Source of the DNA: Octopus vulgaris
Taxonomy: Eukaryota
Assembly: GCA_951406725.2 (NCBI GenBank)
Contig: OX597814.1
Location: 124,248,001 to 124,312,000 of the forward strand
Length of the DNA: 64,000 nucleotides
Reading direction: 5' to 3'
Positions 26,975-39,710 of this stretch are shown in pieces (within the stretch, counting starts at the first letter, position 1; every line of letters starts with the position of its first letter). The translations under genes and the position numbers were made by a program. The notes under the pieces are model-generated. The model was not told the DNA's origin and made no database searches. It was given only the letters and a program-made list of their open reading frames with translations.

Positions 26975-27595
26975 TCATTATCATCATCATCATCGTTTAA
27001 CATCTGTTTTCCATGTTGGCATGGGTTGGACGGTTTGACTGAGGACTGGCAAGCCAGATGGTTGCACAAGGTTCCAATCTGATCTGGCAGAGTTTCTACA
27101 GCTGGATGCCCTTCCTAATGTCAACCACTCCAAGAGTGTAGTGGGTGCTTTTACGTGCCACAAGAACGAGGGCCAGTCAGGCGGTACTGGCAATGGCCAT
27201 GCTCAAAGTGTTTTTTATGTGGCACCTACACAGGAGCCAGTCCAGCGACACTAGCAATAACCTTGCTCGAATGTTTTTTCACATGCTACTGGCACAAGTG
27301 CCAGTAAGGCAATGCTGGTAAAGATTACGCTCGAATGGTGCTTTTTACATGCCAGTGGTATGGGGGCCAGTCAGTGGCCCTGGTAACGATCTCACTTGGA
27401 TGGTGCTCTTAGCGCTCCACTAGCATGGATACCAGTCATGCAATGCTGTCATCGAATTTGATTTTGATTTCACTTGCCTCAACAGATCGTCGCAAGCAGA
27501 AATTAGTGTCCAACGAAGGAAAAGTACGCATAAGTGGGCTGGTTACACCACTGGCATAGGCCATGGGTTATGGTCTCACTTGGCTTACTGGGTCA
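26975..27595 (-). mobile_element. RTE 3'UTR fragment
   Basis: Closely similar to 22925-23520 and 49278-49940. Confidence 0.85.
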
Positions 27596-27769
27596 TATAT
27601 ATGTATATATATTTCTAAATGTAGAACGATGAGATGAGTGCACAACACTGCATTGGTGGATGTATAATTTCTTTATTTGTGAATTAAGGCCACAATTGGT
27701 TTCATGTTAAGAAGAGTAGGAAATTATCCTAGTATCTCAACAATTTTTCAAGTTGATCACATGGAGAAA

Positions 27770-28150
27770 GGTGGCTGTATGGTTAGTAGCTTGCTTACCA
27801 ATGACATGGTTCCGGGTTCATTCCCACTGCGTGGCACCTTGGGTATGTGTCTTCTACTATAACTTTGGGCTGACCAAAGCCTTGGGAGTGGATTTGGTAG
27901 AAAAATCGTATATATGTGTATATATATGTATGTGTGTGTATATGTTTGTGTGCCTGTGTTTGTCCCCCCTAACATCACTAGACAACCAATGCTGGTGTGT
28001 TTATGTCCCCGTAACTTAGTGATTTGGCAAAAGAGACCACTAGAATAAGTACTAGGCTTCTAAAGAATAAGTCCTGGGATTGATTTGCTCGACTAAAGGC
28101 GGTGCCCCAGCATGGCTGCAGTCAAATGACTGAAACAAGTAAAAGAGAGA
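27770..28150 (+). mobile_element. Group A SINE
   Basis: A/B boxes and family body. Confidence 0.88.
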
Positions 28151-28164
28151 AAGGGAAAGAAATA

Positions 28165-28645
28165 TATATATATTAAATGATTGATAGGGACGATAGAGTG
28201 TACTGTAAGCTTTGTTTAGCATGACAATCATTTTGGCTTAGATCTGCACTGCTCCCTAGTGGGTGAGGAACGATATAATGGAATTGAATGTACCTTACAG
28301 TGCAGAAGAAACCTCATCAGGTTACATAATATGTTACAGCATTACAATATGTACATTTTGTTACTCTGCATGGAAGGATGGTGTTGGTATATTACATACA
28401 TTTATAGTAGTTCACAAATCCATGCCAACTTCATTCTGACACACACAGTAGTGAAATATACATATAACACTGTAGCATATTATGTAGCCTGATGAGGTTT
28501 CTTCTGCACGGTGAGGTGCATTCATTTCCACTATATCATTCCCCACCCACTAAGGAGCTGTTCAGGTGTAAGCCGAAACAATTGTTGTGCTATATAAAGC
28601 TGGCAGTACATTCTGTCTTCCCTATCAATTATTTAAAATATACTA
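28165..28645. repeat. ~480-bp imperfect palindrome made of two head-to-head hammerhead-bearing units
   Basis: Arms of about 200 bp, roughly 80% complementary by eye, e.g. gtgcagaagaaacctcatcagg / cctgatgaggtttcttctgcac. Confidence 0.9.
28485..28592 (+). ncRNA. Type-I hammerhead motif with a long stem-II insertion
   Basis: uagc-CUGAUGA-gguuu...aagcc-GAAAC-aauu-GUU-gugcua; palindromic loop III, weak stem I. The mirror copy on the minus strand (about 28219-28326) has GUC but a mutated GAAA. Confidence 0.65.
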
Positions 28646-28774
28646 AATGTGCACTGAGGAATTCCTTACATAGATCCTGTGACTAAAGTGCAGTACCGTT
28701 GATGATGCCTGGTAGCCGTAAGTGGTGAACATGCTCTCAAGGCACACACTGATGATGATGATGATGATGATGAT

Positions 28775-29545
28775 ATCTATAATATTTGAATTCCTCTTGT
28801 AATATTTCCATCAAGATTTCCATCCCTGTTTAACATGTTGCTCAGATATTTGAACAAAGATACAGTTTCCTGAGTTTTACCATATGATGTTGTTTTAGGA
28901 TCCATGTGAGACTTTACAAAGCAGGGCTGATAAATAATAACAGATTCATCATTATTTATGGTGAGGCCTGACACATTATATGTCAATGAAATTTTATCCA
29001 TTAGATTTGAAGATCTTTTTCATAGTGTACAGCTATATCATAGTCATCAGCATACAAAAGGTCCCTGATCATCAGCCATATATAAGCGTGTGATTTAAAA
29101 TCAAGTTGTTTGAGGATGTTGAATAACTTCCCTGTTATGTAATAGCATATATAAATATCATCAGAGCAGTCATTGAAAGTGGTTGAAAAAAAATTATTGT
29201 GAAATATATGGCTAACAGAATAGCAGCAGTTATATAATTCAGTTTTGCTTCTCCACTGATTGAAAAAGGGTTTGAGCATTCTCCTCCATTAACAAAACAT
29301 GCTCTCATAACATTATGAAAGGACTTAGTAATAATCGTAAATTTATCAGGACAACCAGCTTTTCTGAGAACTACCCATAATGCCTCATGATTCAGTGAAT
29401 GAAGGCTTTTGTGAGGTCAATGAAGCAGTGATAGAGGTCAAGCATCTGCTCAATGCATTTGTCATTGATTCCTCATCCGATGTGAAAACATCATTGAGAC
29501 CCAACAAGAAAGGATATTCCCATGTGTTGAATAAATCTATCAAGA
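28775..29545 (-). mobile_element. Old RTE/BovB-like RT fragment
   Basis: LIRDLLYADDYDIAVHYEKDLQ, DLYHCFIDLTKAF and FKYLSNML motifs with frameshifts. Confidence 0.8.
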
Positions 29546-29628
29546 ATAATTCTGATCTGTATGTTCCCTAGAGTACTGTAAATAGAAATGACTTGAGTGT
29601 GTGTGTGTGTGTGTGTGTGTGCATGTGC

Positions 29629-29659
<31 letters not shown>

Positions 29660-30054
29660 TGTGCATGTATGTATGCATGCAAGTATATATGTATGTATGT
29701 GTATATGTAAGTATGTATGTGTGTATGTAAGTATGTATGTATTTGTGTATATGTGTGTGTATGTATGTATGTGTATGTATATATGTATATCTGTATATAT
29801 GTATGTATGTATGTGTGTATATGTATGTATGTATATATGTGTTTGTATGTATGTATGTATGTATGTGTGTGCATGTATGTATGTATGTATGTATGTATGT
29901 ATGTACGTATGTGTGTGTGTGTATCATATATTGAAAGAATTCAACATTCTCTGCAATATTGAGTTCCCTGTGTCTATGCTATTACGCACTGATAAACAAT
30001 GTAGAATATACACACATAATTGCTCACGCACGTGTGTGTGTGTGTAAATATAGA

Positions 30055-30870
30055 TAGCAAAAGCTGAAGGTGTTGTTAGCAAGAAAGCAGATAAGATTCT
30101 CATTCCGTCAGGTAAACGACCCTGCTCAATATGCAGGAAAGGAGTTGGAAGTAAGCTATGGACACATAAGAAATGCAGTGGAATCACTGATAGATTAACA
30201 GATAAGGTTGCTTTCATGTGTGACAGATGTGCTGGAACAATAAGCACTCAGAGCATGAGGGACTCAGCCTCTCTCATATGCCCAGGAGGCAGTCTTGTGG
30301 TAGTTGATAGTTTCTGCTACTTAGGTGACCAAATTAGCAATGGCGGTGGATGCTCTGAAAGTATTATTTCTAGGAAAAGAATAGGATGGCAGAAGTTCAG
30401 AGAGCTACTACCTCCTCTGTTGGTAACAAAAGTCTCCCTCTCAGAGTGAAAGGTAGATTGTATGATGCTTGTCTGCGAATGGCTATACTCTGTGGAAGTG
30501 GGACATGGGCTCTGAATGTAGAGAACGTGTGTAGACTTGAGAGGAATTAAGGTAGTATGCTCCACTGGATGTGCAATATTAGTATCCATGAATGGCAAAG
30601 TGTAACTATGTTTAGAGAAAAGCTGGGCATAAGAGGAATTAAATGTGGTGTACAGGAGAGTAGACTATATTGGTTTGGACATGTGATGCATATGAATGAA
30701 GACAGCTGTATAATGAAGTGCTGATCACTGAAATAGGATAGTACCTGTTGGAGAGGAAGACCCAGGAAGACATTGGATGAAGTGGTGAGGACTGATTAGG
30801 ATGTTATGGCTCATAGAGGAAATGACAATGAACTGAGATGCCTGGTGCTATGAGGTTCTAGAGAGGACCT
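30055..30870 (+). mobile_element. RTE LINE fragment (PHD-in-RT family), decayed
   Basis: SGKRPCSICRKGVG..LWTHKKCSG..FMCDRCAG..VVDSFCYLGDQ; homologous to 51467-52295. Confidence 0.88.
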
Positions 30871-31847
30871 GCCCACTTCAGTATAACTGGGTGCTAGAGG
30901 CTTTGTGCCCCACCCACACATAACAAAGAAATTTTCACATACCCTATACCTAGAATTCAAACTACATCTCTCCCAAACTGCATCTTTTCTCTTCCTCACA
31001 TTTTCCCTCCATACACAATAATTTTCTTCCACTCCCCATCCCCCTCTTTATACCAGGTTCTCACCAGTCACTGAGTCCCCATCTCTCTCCCTTTTGTGCT
31101 TTCTTGGTAATACCTGACCATGTATATTATGACCCCTGTACCTTGAGGGCATGCCCTAGCAATTTCCACTATTTATCTCTCTCTTCCTTACTCTATCATC
31201 CTGTCTAAGTTCTGATCTCCGTTCTTGCTCTCTCTCTTGCACTCTTGCTGTCTCACACACTCTCTCTCACTCCTTCCCATGCTCTTCCCTCTGGCTGGGT
31301 AACCATGTATCTCCTCCACAGCAGCACAACTGTTTCTGTCCTCTTTCTTGTTACCACACTCTCCCTCTACCCCTCTCTCTTTCCTTCTCTGTCTCTCTCT
31401 CTTAGCTAGGTAACCATATACCTCCTTTATAGCAAGATACCTGTTTCTGCCTCTCTGTTTCTCTGTTACACTCTAACCTTTCATCATCTGACATAAGATT
31501 CCCTTCTCCAATGTCCCTTTCCCCTCTCAAAATTCCTTGTCTGGCAAGTTTCTTGGTGACCTGTAAAAAACGTTCAGTCCACACTTAAGTGGTTGACATT
31601 TGGAAGGGCATCCAGCTGTAGAAACCATACCAAAACTGACCTTACCTGTGCTGGTGCCATGTAAGAAGCACTCAGTTCACACTATGAGGTGGTTGGTGTT
31701 AGGAAGGGCATCTAGACATAAATTCCATGCCAAAACAAACACAGTAACCTGGTGCAGTCTTTTATCTGGGTGGTTCCTGTCAATCAGTCCAGTCCAAGCC
31801 AGCATGGAAGATGGATGTTAAATAATGCTGCTGATGATATATATATA

Positions 31848-32083
31848 TATGAGGGTGAGTCAAAAAGTAATGCCATTTTGTTTAGGGCAGGTATAATTAC
31901 CAACACAGGAACATGTATCATACATCAAAATGAAGCTGGTCCTCTGTGGATCACATCCTTACTTCTCAACATAGTCACCGTTTCTCTCAATAGCAATGTT
32001 TCACCTTTGAATGAGAGCATGTATCCTTGTCCCGTAAAATTCTGTTGACTGTTCTTTGAGCTACTTCTTCACTACAGTTTTCA

Positions 32084-32086
<3 letters not shown>
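31848..32086 (-). mobile_element. Mariner (irritans/Hsmar2-like) 3' end with TIR
   Basis: TA-TGAGGGTGAGTCAAAAAGTAATG end; minus strand VKTVVKK*LKEQSTEFYGTRIHALIQR*NIAIERNGDYVEK*. Confidence 0.85.
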
Positions 32087-32145
<59 letters not shown>

Positions 32146-32454
32146 TCATTGTCATTATGATCATTTAGCATCTGACTTCCATGCTAGCATAGGTTGGACT
32201 AATTGACAGGACCCAATGGGTAGGGGAACTCTGTTGAGTTCCATTATCTGATTTGGCATGGTTTCTGCAGCTGGATGCCTTTCCTAATGCCAACCACTTT
32301 ATAGAGTGTAAAGGTGTTATAAGGATGAAATGTGTGTAAGGTTTGGGCATAAGGAAGCATGAAAAGAGGGTCACTGAAGAGAAGGGAAGTGTGGGGTCGT
32401 GGCGTGGGCTAAAGAGGGAAAGATGAGAGGGTGTTGAGGGGATAGATGTTCAGT

Positions 32455-32690
32455 GTCAGTGAACATGTGACAGAGTTCTAGAGTACTGAAAGAAAAATTG
32501 GGAGTAAGAGGAATTAGATGCAGTGTGCAAGAGAGAAGACTGCACTAGTTTGGTCAGGTGGTGTGTTGCACTTAAAGTGGATGGAACTCATGGAAGAGGG
32601 AAACCCAAGAAGACATGAGATGAAGTAATGATGGGCAACCTCAAGACACTAATCCTTTTGAAGGAGATGGAAAAAGACCAAGATGCACCC
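32455..32690 (+). mobile_element. Old RTE C-terminal fragment
   Basis: LKEKLGVRGIRCSVQERRL..GRGKPKKT motifs. Confidence 0.7.
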
Positions 32691-33563
32691 ACCACAGCAG
32701 AAGCCTAAACTACTTTGGTTAATGCTCCCCTCTCAATTAAAGGGTTTTTTGTCTTGCAACTTACTGGGTTACCCTGTCAGTGCTGGTGTCATGTAAAAAG
32801 AAACTTGTGCTAGTGCCAAAGGAAAATGCACCTGTGTCAGTGTCATGTAAAAAGCACCTGTGTTGGTGCCACATAAAAAGCACATGGCTGGTGTCATGTA
32901 AAGGGGCATCTTTGCTAATGCAAGTGTCACATAAAATGCACCCAGTACTCGCTGTAATGGGGTTGATATTAGGAAGGGCATCCAGCTGTAGAAACCAGGC
33001 CAAAACACACAACTGGAACCTTGTGCAGCTCACCAGCTTGCTAGCTCTAGTCAAATGATCCAACCCATAACAACATGGAAAACAGATATTAAATGATGAT
33101 GATTATGATGATGATGATGATGATGATGGTGATGGTGGTGGTGGTGGTGATGATGATGATGATGGTGATGATGGTGATGATGATGATGATGATGATTATG
33201 ATTATGATGATGGTGATGATGATGATGATGGTGATGGTGATGGTGATGGTGATGATGATGATGATGATGATGATGATGACAAATGCTCCTTTAAGGTAGT
33301 TTGTCTCCACCATGTTCATAATCAGTGCCATAACATTCTCTCTGTTTTGATTTCTGTCAGTATTGCCAACAGAGAAGAATACACTTTGTAAAAGAGACAT
33401 AATAAGACTGGAACATGGCTGCTGCTTTCCCCTGTTAGTTTTAAAGACCAGATTCACTCCAAGCACTACATTTCCTATATTTCTGAGGTATTTCAAATCC
33501 TTCCAAGGACAGTTTTGCCTTTCATCCATTTGGGGTCAATAAAATAGAGTACCAGTCAAGGAC

Positions 33564-33702
33564 CAGGATGCAGAGGGGCTGGTGTGGGACTAAGTCCACC
33601 AGTGCTCTGCACTGGTGGACTTAGTCAGCTCTATGCATGATGCTATCTCTGGAACCACTAACCTGGGATAACCCCAGCCTCATCAATCAAGAGCATGAAG
33701 TG
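33564..33702. mobile_element. Unclassified 139-bp insertion with 10-bp TSD and a perfect 18-bp hairpin
   Basis: agtcaaggac at 33554-33563 and 33703-33712; stem 33588-33605 / 33609-33626. Confidence 0.7.
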
Positions 33703-33854
33703 AGTCAAGGACTGGAGTTGATTGCAATTGACCTGTCCTCTCCTGTCAAAATTGCTGGCCTTGAACACTACAATGAATTGACGGCTCATTCAGGAGAAAT
33801 ATCGTGATCTCTATATGCCATTGAAATAGGGTAACTGCCTTTACAGGCCCTTAG

Positions 33855-34161
33855 TTTGTTGTTTGTTCCTTCTCGACCCATCCCTGGCTCATAAGGGCCA
33901 GTCTCCCAGTTTCCTTGGTGTATAGGTTCCCCACCTGGATGGGACGCCAGTCCGTTGCAGGTGAGCTGCAAGATGCAGGAGGAAAGAGTGAGAGAAAGTT
34001 GTGATGAAAGAGTCAGCAGAAGTTCGCCATTACCTTCTGCGAGAACCGCATGGAGCTTAGGTGTTTTGCTCATAAACAAACACATCGCCCGGTCTGAGAT
34101 TCAAACCCACGATCCCTCGACCGCAAGTCCGCTGCTCTAACCACTAGGCCATGTGCCTCCA
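33855..34161 (-). mobile_element. Group C SINE
   Basis: Highly similar to 8973-9266. Confidence 0.85.
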
Positions 34162-34967
34162 CACACAAGCCCTTAAGCTCAAGAATGAAAACAGAAATTT
34201 CACCTGTTCTATCACATTTACTAGTTGTTTCTAAGGTTTTAAATATTGCTAGAGGGAGTTTATGTTTGATAATTACACGGATAATCTCAGTTAATGAAGA
34301 CAGAAATTTCAACTTAGTATATTGTATATATGTATGTTATATGATGCTACATTTGAGGTGAGGGTGTTGGGTTCCTCAATTTGTAATGATTAGTTTGGTT
34401 ATGAAGAATGTCACTGACAGTCTTCGAAGAATATTAAATGTTGTGGAATCGAGAAACACTGCCGGCTGACATCTAACATAATAATTACCCTCAAGTTTCA
34501 TTGCTGAAAGAAAGAAATCCAACTTTGAAAGCAGCAAAGATTGATGGTGACGTCAGTGGGAGTGATGGTGATGGTGATGGTGATGGTGGTGGTGGTAGTA
34601 ATGATGATGGTGGGAGTAGTTGCTGTGATAATGGTGGTACAGATGATGGAGGGTTTAGTAATGGTGACGGTGAGGGCGGCGGTGAGGATGATGTTGATGA
34701 TGATAAATGACAACAAAAAGAACAACGATTATAAATACCTCGTTTGTTAATAAATATTTATTACCTGAAATGAAGGCAGCAGAGTGTGTTTGTGTGTGTG
34801 TGTATGTGTATGTGTGTGTGGGGGGTTGCGTATGTATATGCATGTGTCAGTGTGTGTGTATGTGTGTGAACAAGAGCTTTTCTTTTAAGCATGTAATTTA
34901 TATATTCACACACTCACACAACACGTGTGTGTAAATATATGTGTGATTGTATATACATGTGCATGTA

Positions 34968-35012
<45 letters not shown>

Positions 35013-35023
35013 ATAAATGTATG

Positions 35024-35072
<49 letters not shown>

Positions 35073-35310
35073 TATATATATGTGCATGTATATATGTCTA
35101 CACTCACACACATGCATATATGTGTGTTTATATGCATGTATATATATGTGTGTGTATATATTTATTAATATGTACATATGTGTATGTATGTATATCTCTC
35201 TCTCTATATATATATATGATGATGATGAAACATTTTTCAAATCTAATAGTGAATAGTACTACCTATATAATTGTGTGTGTGTGCATATATGCTTATACAT
35301 ACATACTTAC

Positions 35311-35365
<55 letters not shown>

Positions 35366-35368
35366 CAC

Positions 35369-35406
<38 letters not shown>

Positions 35407-35730
35407 GTATATATATATACATACACACACATGTATATCATCATCAATATATACATTCACACATGTACATACACACACAGACACATACACACACACACAC
35501 ACAAACACACACAAACACACACACACTCATGTGCACACTTACATATACACACATACACAGAGTTTAAAATAACAACAGGACATTTGCTGATGTCTGATGG
35601 AGAAACACAATATGGAGAACAGAATATAATTTATAATAAAATTCGTTTTGACCGGGACTTTAAGTTTCACCTGACTGGTTGTATAAGCTATGAGGCAAAA
35701 ATTGAAGTTTCATACAAAAGATTTTTATTA

Positions 35731-35772
<42 letters not shown>

Positions 35773-35954
35773 TAATATAAATAGAAAAATGCTGAAAAGC
35801 ATGTGTCCTGTGATCCAATGGCATCATTCAGTGCCCCAACATGAATGTGTTTTCATAAATTTTTCGTTGGAAAATTTTCTTTCTGGGCTATTTCCATAAG
35901 GGAAGCTCTCAGCTTTTCTGAGTGAACTAACATGTTAGCTATAACTTTACATGA

Positions 35955-35999
<45 letters not shown>

Positions 36000-36001
<2 letters not shown>

Positions 36002-36348
36002 GCATGGCTGTGTGGTAAGAAGCTTGCTTTCCAACCATATGGTTCTGTGTTCAGTCCCAATATGTAACACCTTGGACAAGTGTCTTCTACTATAGCATCG
36101 GCTGACCAAAGCCTTGTGAGTGGATTTGGTAGACGGAAACTGAAAGAAGCCTGTCATATATATATATAGCTAATCCAAACAAGAAAACACAAAAAAACAC
36201 AACAACGCGAGGACGTGGAATAAATATAGTATTATTGGATGCTCAGGAAAGAAGGAGGGTTTAACGTTTCGAGCGGAGCTCTTCATTGGAAACATAGGAG
36301 AAGGAAATATCCAGAGAAGGGAAGACAGATGTATATATATATACATGT

Positions 36349-36400
<52 letters not shown>

Positions 36401-36620
36401 ATGTAAGTGTGTGCGTGCATCTGTGTTTGTCCCTCCACCATCCCTTGACAACCGATGTTGGTGCATATACATTCCCATAACTTAGCAGTTTAGCAAAAGA
36501 CACTGATAGAATAAGTACTAAGTTTATAAAGAATAAGTCCTGGGGTTGACTTGTTTCACTAAAAGGCGGTGCTCCAGCATGGCTGCAGTCAAATCATTGA
36601 AACAAGTAAAAGAATAAAAG
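36000..36620 (+). mobile_element. Group A SINE with a hammerhead-bearing element (about 36170-36330) nested in its microsatellite spacer
   Basis: SINE head 36000-36155, foreign segment, then (TG)n and the SINE 3' half. Confidence 0.8.
36259..36293 (-). ncRNA. Minimal type-I hammerhead motif, mutated core
   Basis: guuu-CCAAUGA-a-gagc-ucc-gcuc-GAAAC-GUU-aaac; stems intact, CUGA changed to CCAA. Confidence 0.6.
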
Positions 36621-36664
36621 AATATATATACATATAAGAGAAGAAAGAAAATGAATATATGTTT

Positions 36665-37100
36665 TCATCATCATCATCATCATCGCTTAACATCCATTTT
36701 CCATGCTGTCATGAGTGGGACGGTTTGACTGGAGACTGGCAAGCCAGGAAGCCGCACCAGGCTCCAATCTGATCTGGCAATGTTTCTACAGCTTGATGCC
36801 CTTCCTAATGCCAACCACTTCGAGAGTGTAGTGGGTGATTTTTAGTGTCACTGGCATAGGAGCCAGTCAGGGTGGGGATGCGGGGCTGGCATCGACCATG
36901 TTCTGATGGTACTTTTTATGTGTCACTGGCACAGGGAGCCAGTCAGGTGGCACTGACAACGTCCCACACGTTGCTTATTGCGTACCGCCATCAAGGGAGC
37001 CAGTCAGGCGGGACTGGCATCAGCCACTACTACAATTTCCATTTGATTGTGATTTGATTTGATTTTGATTTTGATTTTACTTGACTCAGTTGGTCTCCTA
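36665..37100 (-). mobile_element. RTE 3'UTR fragment
   Basis: Very similar to 10703-11200. Confidence 0.85.
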
Positions 37101-37694
37101 GGTATTGAACCAGTATTTCCTGGGATGAAACTATCCCTTCATGAGGTTAACACAACCTCTAACTGAATTAAGTATATCTATCTATATACATATATATATA
37201 TATATAGGACATCTGACTCACTAGAAAGAGCAGTTAAACTCCAAACCACTAATAGTTGTAATTCTGAAATGGAAAGAGAAATAAAAACGTTTACCCTATC
37301 TTTCCTGGACTATGCATAGTTTCAGCAATCTTTTGTAAATAAAATAAAATTATTTTAATTTACGATTGGCGTTGCCATTTTCAGCAGGAATCCAATTCTA
37401 GCATATAGGTACGAGGCGATAAGGACTATGCCTCGAGTCTATATGCTATAACTTTTCAAAATCCACCACGCTCGTGCGGTTTTTCAGCAGTAAATATAGC
37501 TGCCGATTTAATTTCAAAATTAGCCAAAAAACCCTTTTATCATTAATTAATAAATAAATAGACTATATGGCCATCTCTTATGTATTTAAATGTATATTAT
37601 ATAGTCTATTGACTATTTTTTCCTTCTCGCTAGACCACTGGTAGCGGAGAATTTTTCTAGAATTTTCCTAGAATTTTTTTTGTTACCCTAAAAT

Positions 37695-37721
<27 letters not shown>

Positions 37722-37725
<4 letters not shown>

Positions 37726-38075
37726 AATCAAAATAATCAACAAGGATATCCAGAGGTAATGCAGTATTATCGATTCTAAGCTGAAGTGAAGACAGCATGT
37801 TCTTTGTCTATATCCTTACCTTCTTGGAGGTTTTAGGTAAAAATATACTAATGTGTCCATCTGTTTAATTTAATTTAATTCTATGTATTTACGCAGCTGT
37901 GGATTGCTTTTCATTTAAATTTATGTAAATTAAATGGAGTTGCTTGAAACGATTATACTGCATTACTTCTAGATATTCTAATTGCTTATTTTGATTTTAA
38001 TCACCTTATTTTGAAATTGTATGGATAATACTGTACTAAATTCTGGTGTTTCATCTTAAGTACTTAATTCATCTG
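37722..38075 (+). mobile_element. PLE pseudo-LTR-like element with inverted 5' end and decayed hammerhead (37894-37962)
   Basis: Reverse-complement homolog of 61965-62215; 37722-37775 is an inverted copy of 37946-38000; gcag-CUGUGGA...GAAAC-gauu-AUA-cugc; flanked by (AT)n. Confidence 0.7.
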
Positions 38076-38076
38076 A

Positions 38077-38109
<33 letters not shown>

Positions 38110-38146
38110 AATGGAGTTAAATGCAGGTGTTATTCAAATTCTTTTA

Positions 38147-38233
38147 CTTCCGACACATGTTTCGAAGATATCACTGGTATTACTCCAAAGGAATAAAATA
38201 GTGTAAAACAATGTAAACTTCTCTTCAGGGAAA
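38147..38233 (-). ncRNA. Type-I hammerhead ribozyme, intact core, GUC site
   Basis: uuucc-CUGAAGA-gaag...cuuc-GAAAC-augu-GUC-ggaag; lies in a ~540-bp element (38108-38648) bounded by (AT)n. Confidence 0.82.
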
Positions 38234-38646
38234 TGAAGAAATGAAACTTGTCAATAAGACATTTTAACATAATATGATGTATGTGTATAGTGATTAAGTT
38301 TTCTTAAAAAATGTTAGAGGATATAACGTCAAAGGTAGCCTATAGAAAGAGGAGGAGTAAAGGAAAGAAAAACCAAAGAAATGAAAAGTATATAACAATA
38401 TGTAAATTTAATAAAACCCTAAAGTATTGGAAAAAGATATATCTAGTGAATGTGAAATGTAAGAAGAAAATTAATGTTTAAATTATATATAATGTTAGAT
38501 ATCACTTATATAAACTAAAGGTGTGTTTCTGCCAATGTTTACATCAGTATGTTTGCTCTATAATCATGTTTACAAGAGGATTTTTAGAAAAAAGAATAAA
38601 AAATAGATCAGAATTACAGAGAAGGCAGAAGGGAAAAATACACACA

Positions 38647-38678
<32 letters not shown>

Positions 38679-38929
38679 AAAATAGTGAAACCATACCAAA
38701 TCAGGCTGCTGGAGTCTGGTGCAGGCCTTCAGCTTACTAGCTCTGGTCAAACTATTCAACCCATACCAGCATGGACAACAGATGTTAAAAGATGATGATG
38801 ATGATGATGATGATGGTGTGTGTGTGTGTGTATAATATAGTATAATCTGGGTAATAAGCTTATAGTCTCCATTCTAAATCTCTGCTTCAGATATCAGCTA
38901 CTAAATATTACAATTTTTTTTCTTTCACC

Positions 38930-39172
38930 CTTTTAAAGCCTAGCCAGGCTCATGTGCCCGGTTTCCTGGTTTCGATGGCATATGTGTTCCCCAGCTGGAC
39001 AGGACGCCAGTCCATCACAGTGTTACTCATTTTTGCCGGCTGAGTGGACTGGAGCAACGTGAAATGAAGTGTTTTGCTCAAGAACACAACACATCGCCCG
39101 GTCCAGGAATCAAAACCACAATCTTACGATCATGATGCTGACACCCTAACCACTAAGCCACATGCCTCCACA
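38930..39172 (-). mobile_element. Group C SINE variant (Deu/Nin-like)
   Basis: tRNA head, then gttcttgagcaaaacacttcatttcacgttgctccagtccactcagc...gatggactggcgtcctgtccag. Confidence 0.8.
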
Positions 39173-39374
39173 AATATTACTATACAGTAGGATTTCTCCC
39201 CTTACTGGATACTCATGTAGAAATCTGAAAATATCTGTAGAGTATAGCTATATGTAACATGAATACGTGTAACATAAATATGTGTAACATAAATATGTGT
39301 AAGATTCAGCAGTTAACAGCTGATAATGATGCATGGAAACAACTGTTGAATCCTTGTATTGAAATTTATATATA

Positions 39375-39710
39375 GGTGCAGGCATGGCTGTGTGGTAAGA
39401 AGTTTGCTTACCAACCACATGGTTCCAGGTTCCATCCCACTGCCTGGCACTTTGGGCAAATGTCTGTTATTATAGATTGGGCTGACCACTGAGTCAATTT
39501 GGTACATGGAAACTGAAAGAAGTCCATCATATACATGTGTGTGTGTCTCCATGTATGTGGTTTTTTTTTGTGTCTGTATTTACCCCACCCCCATCAAGGC
39601 TTGATAACCGATGTTGGTGTGTTTACATCCCTATAAATTAGTGATTAAGCAAAAGAGACTGATAGAATAAGCACCAGGCTTAAAAAAAAGTATTGGGGTT
39701 GATTCATCTC
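39375..39710 (+). mobile_element. Group A SINE
   Basis: Family motifs. Confidence 0.8.

Noticed and set aside
33361-33487. Plus-strand coding exon (one open frame LPTEKNTLCKRD...)
   Set aside because: Good acceptor but weak donor and no recognisable homology; kept only as a possible non-coding exon.
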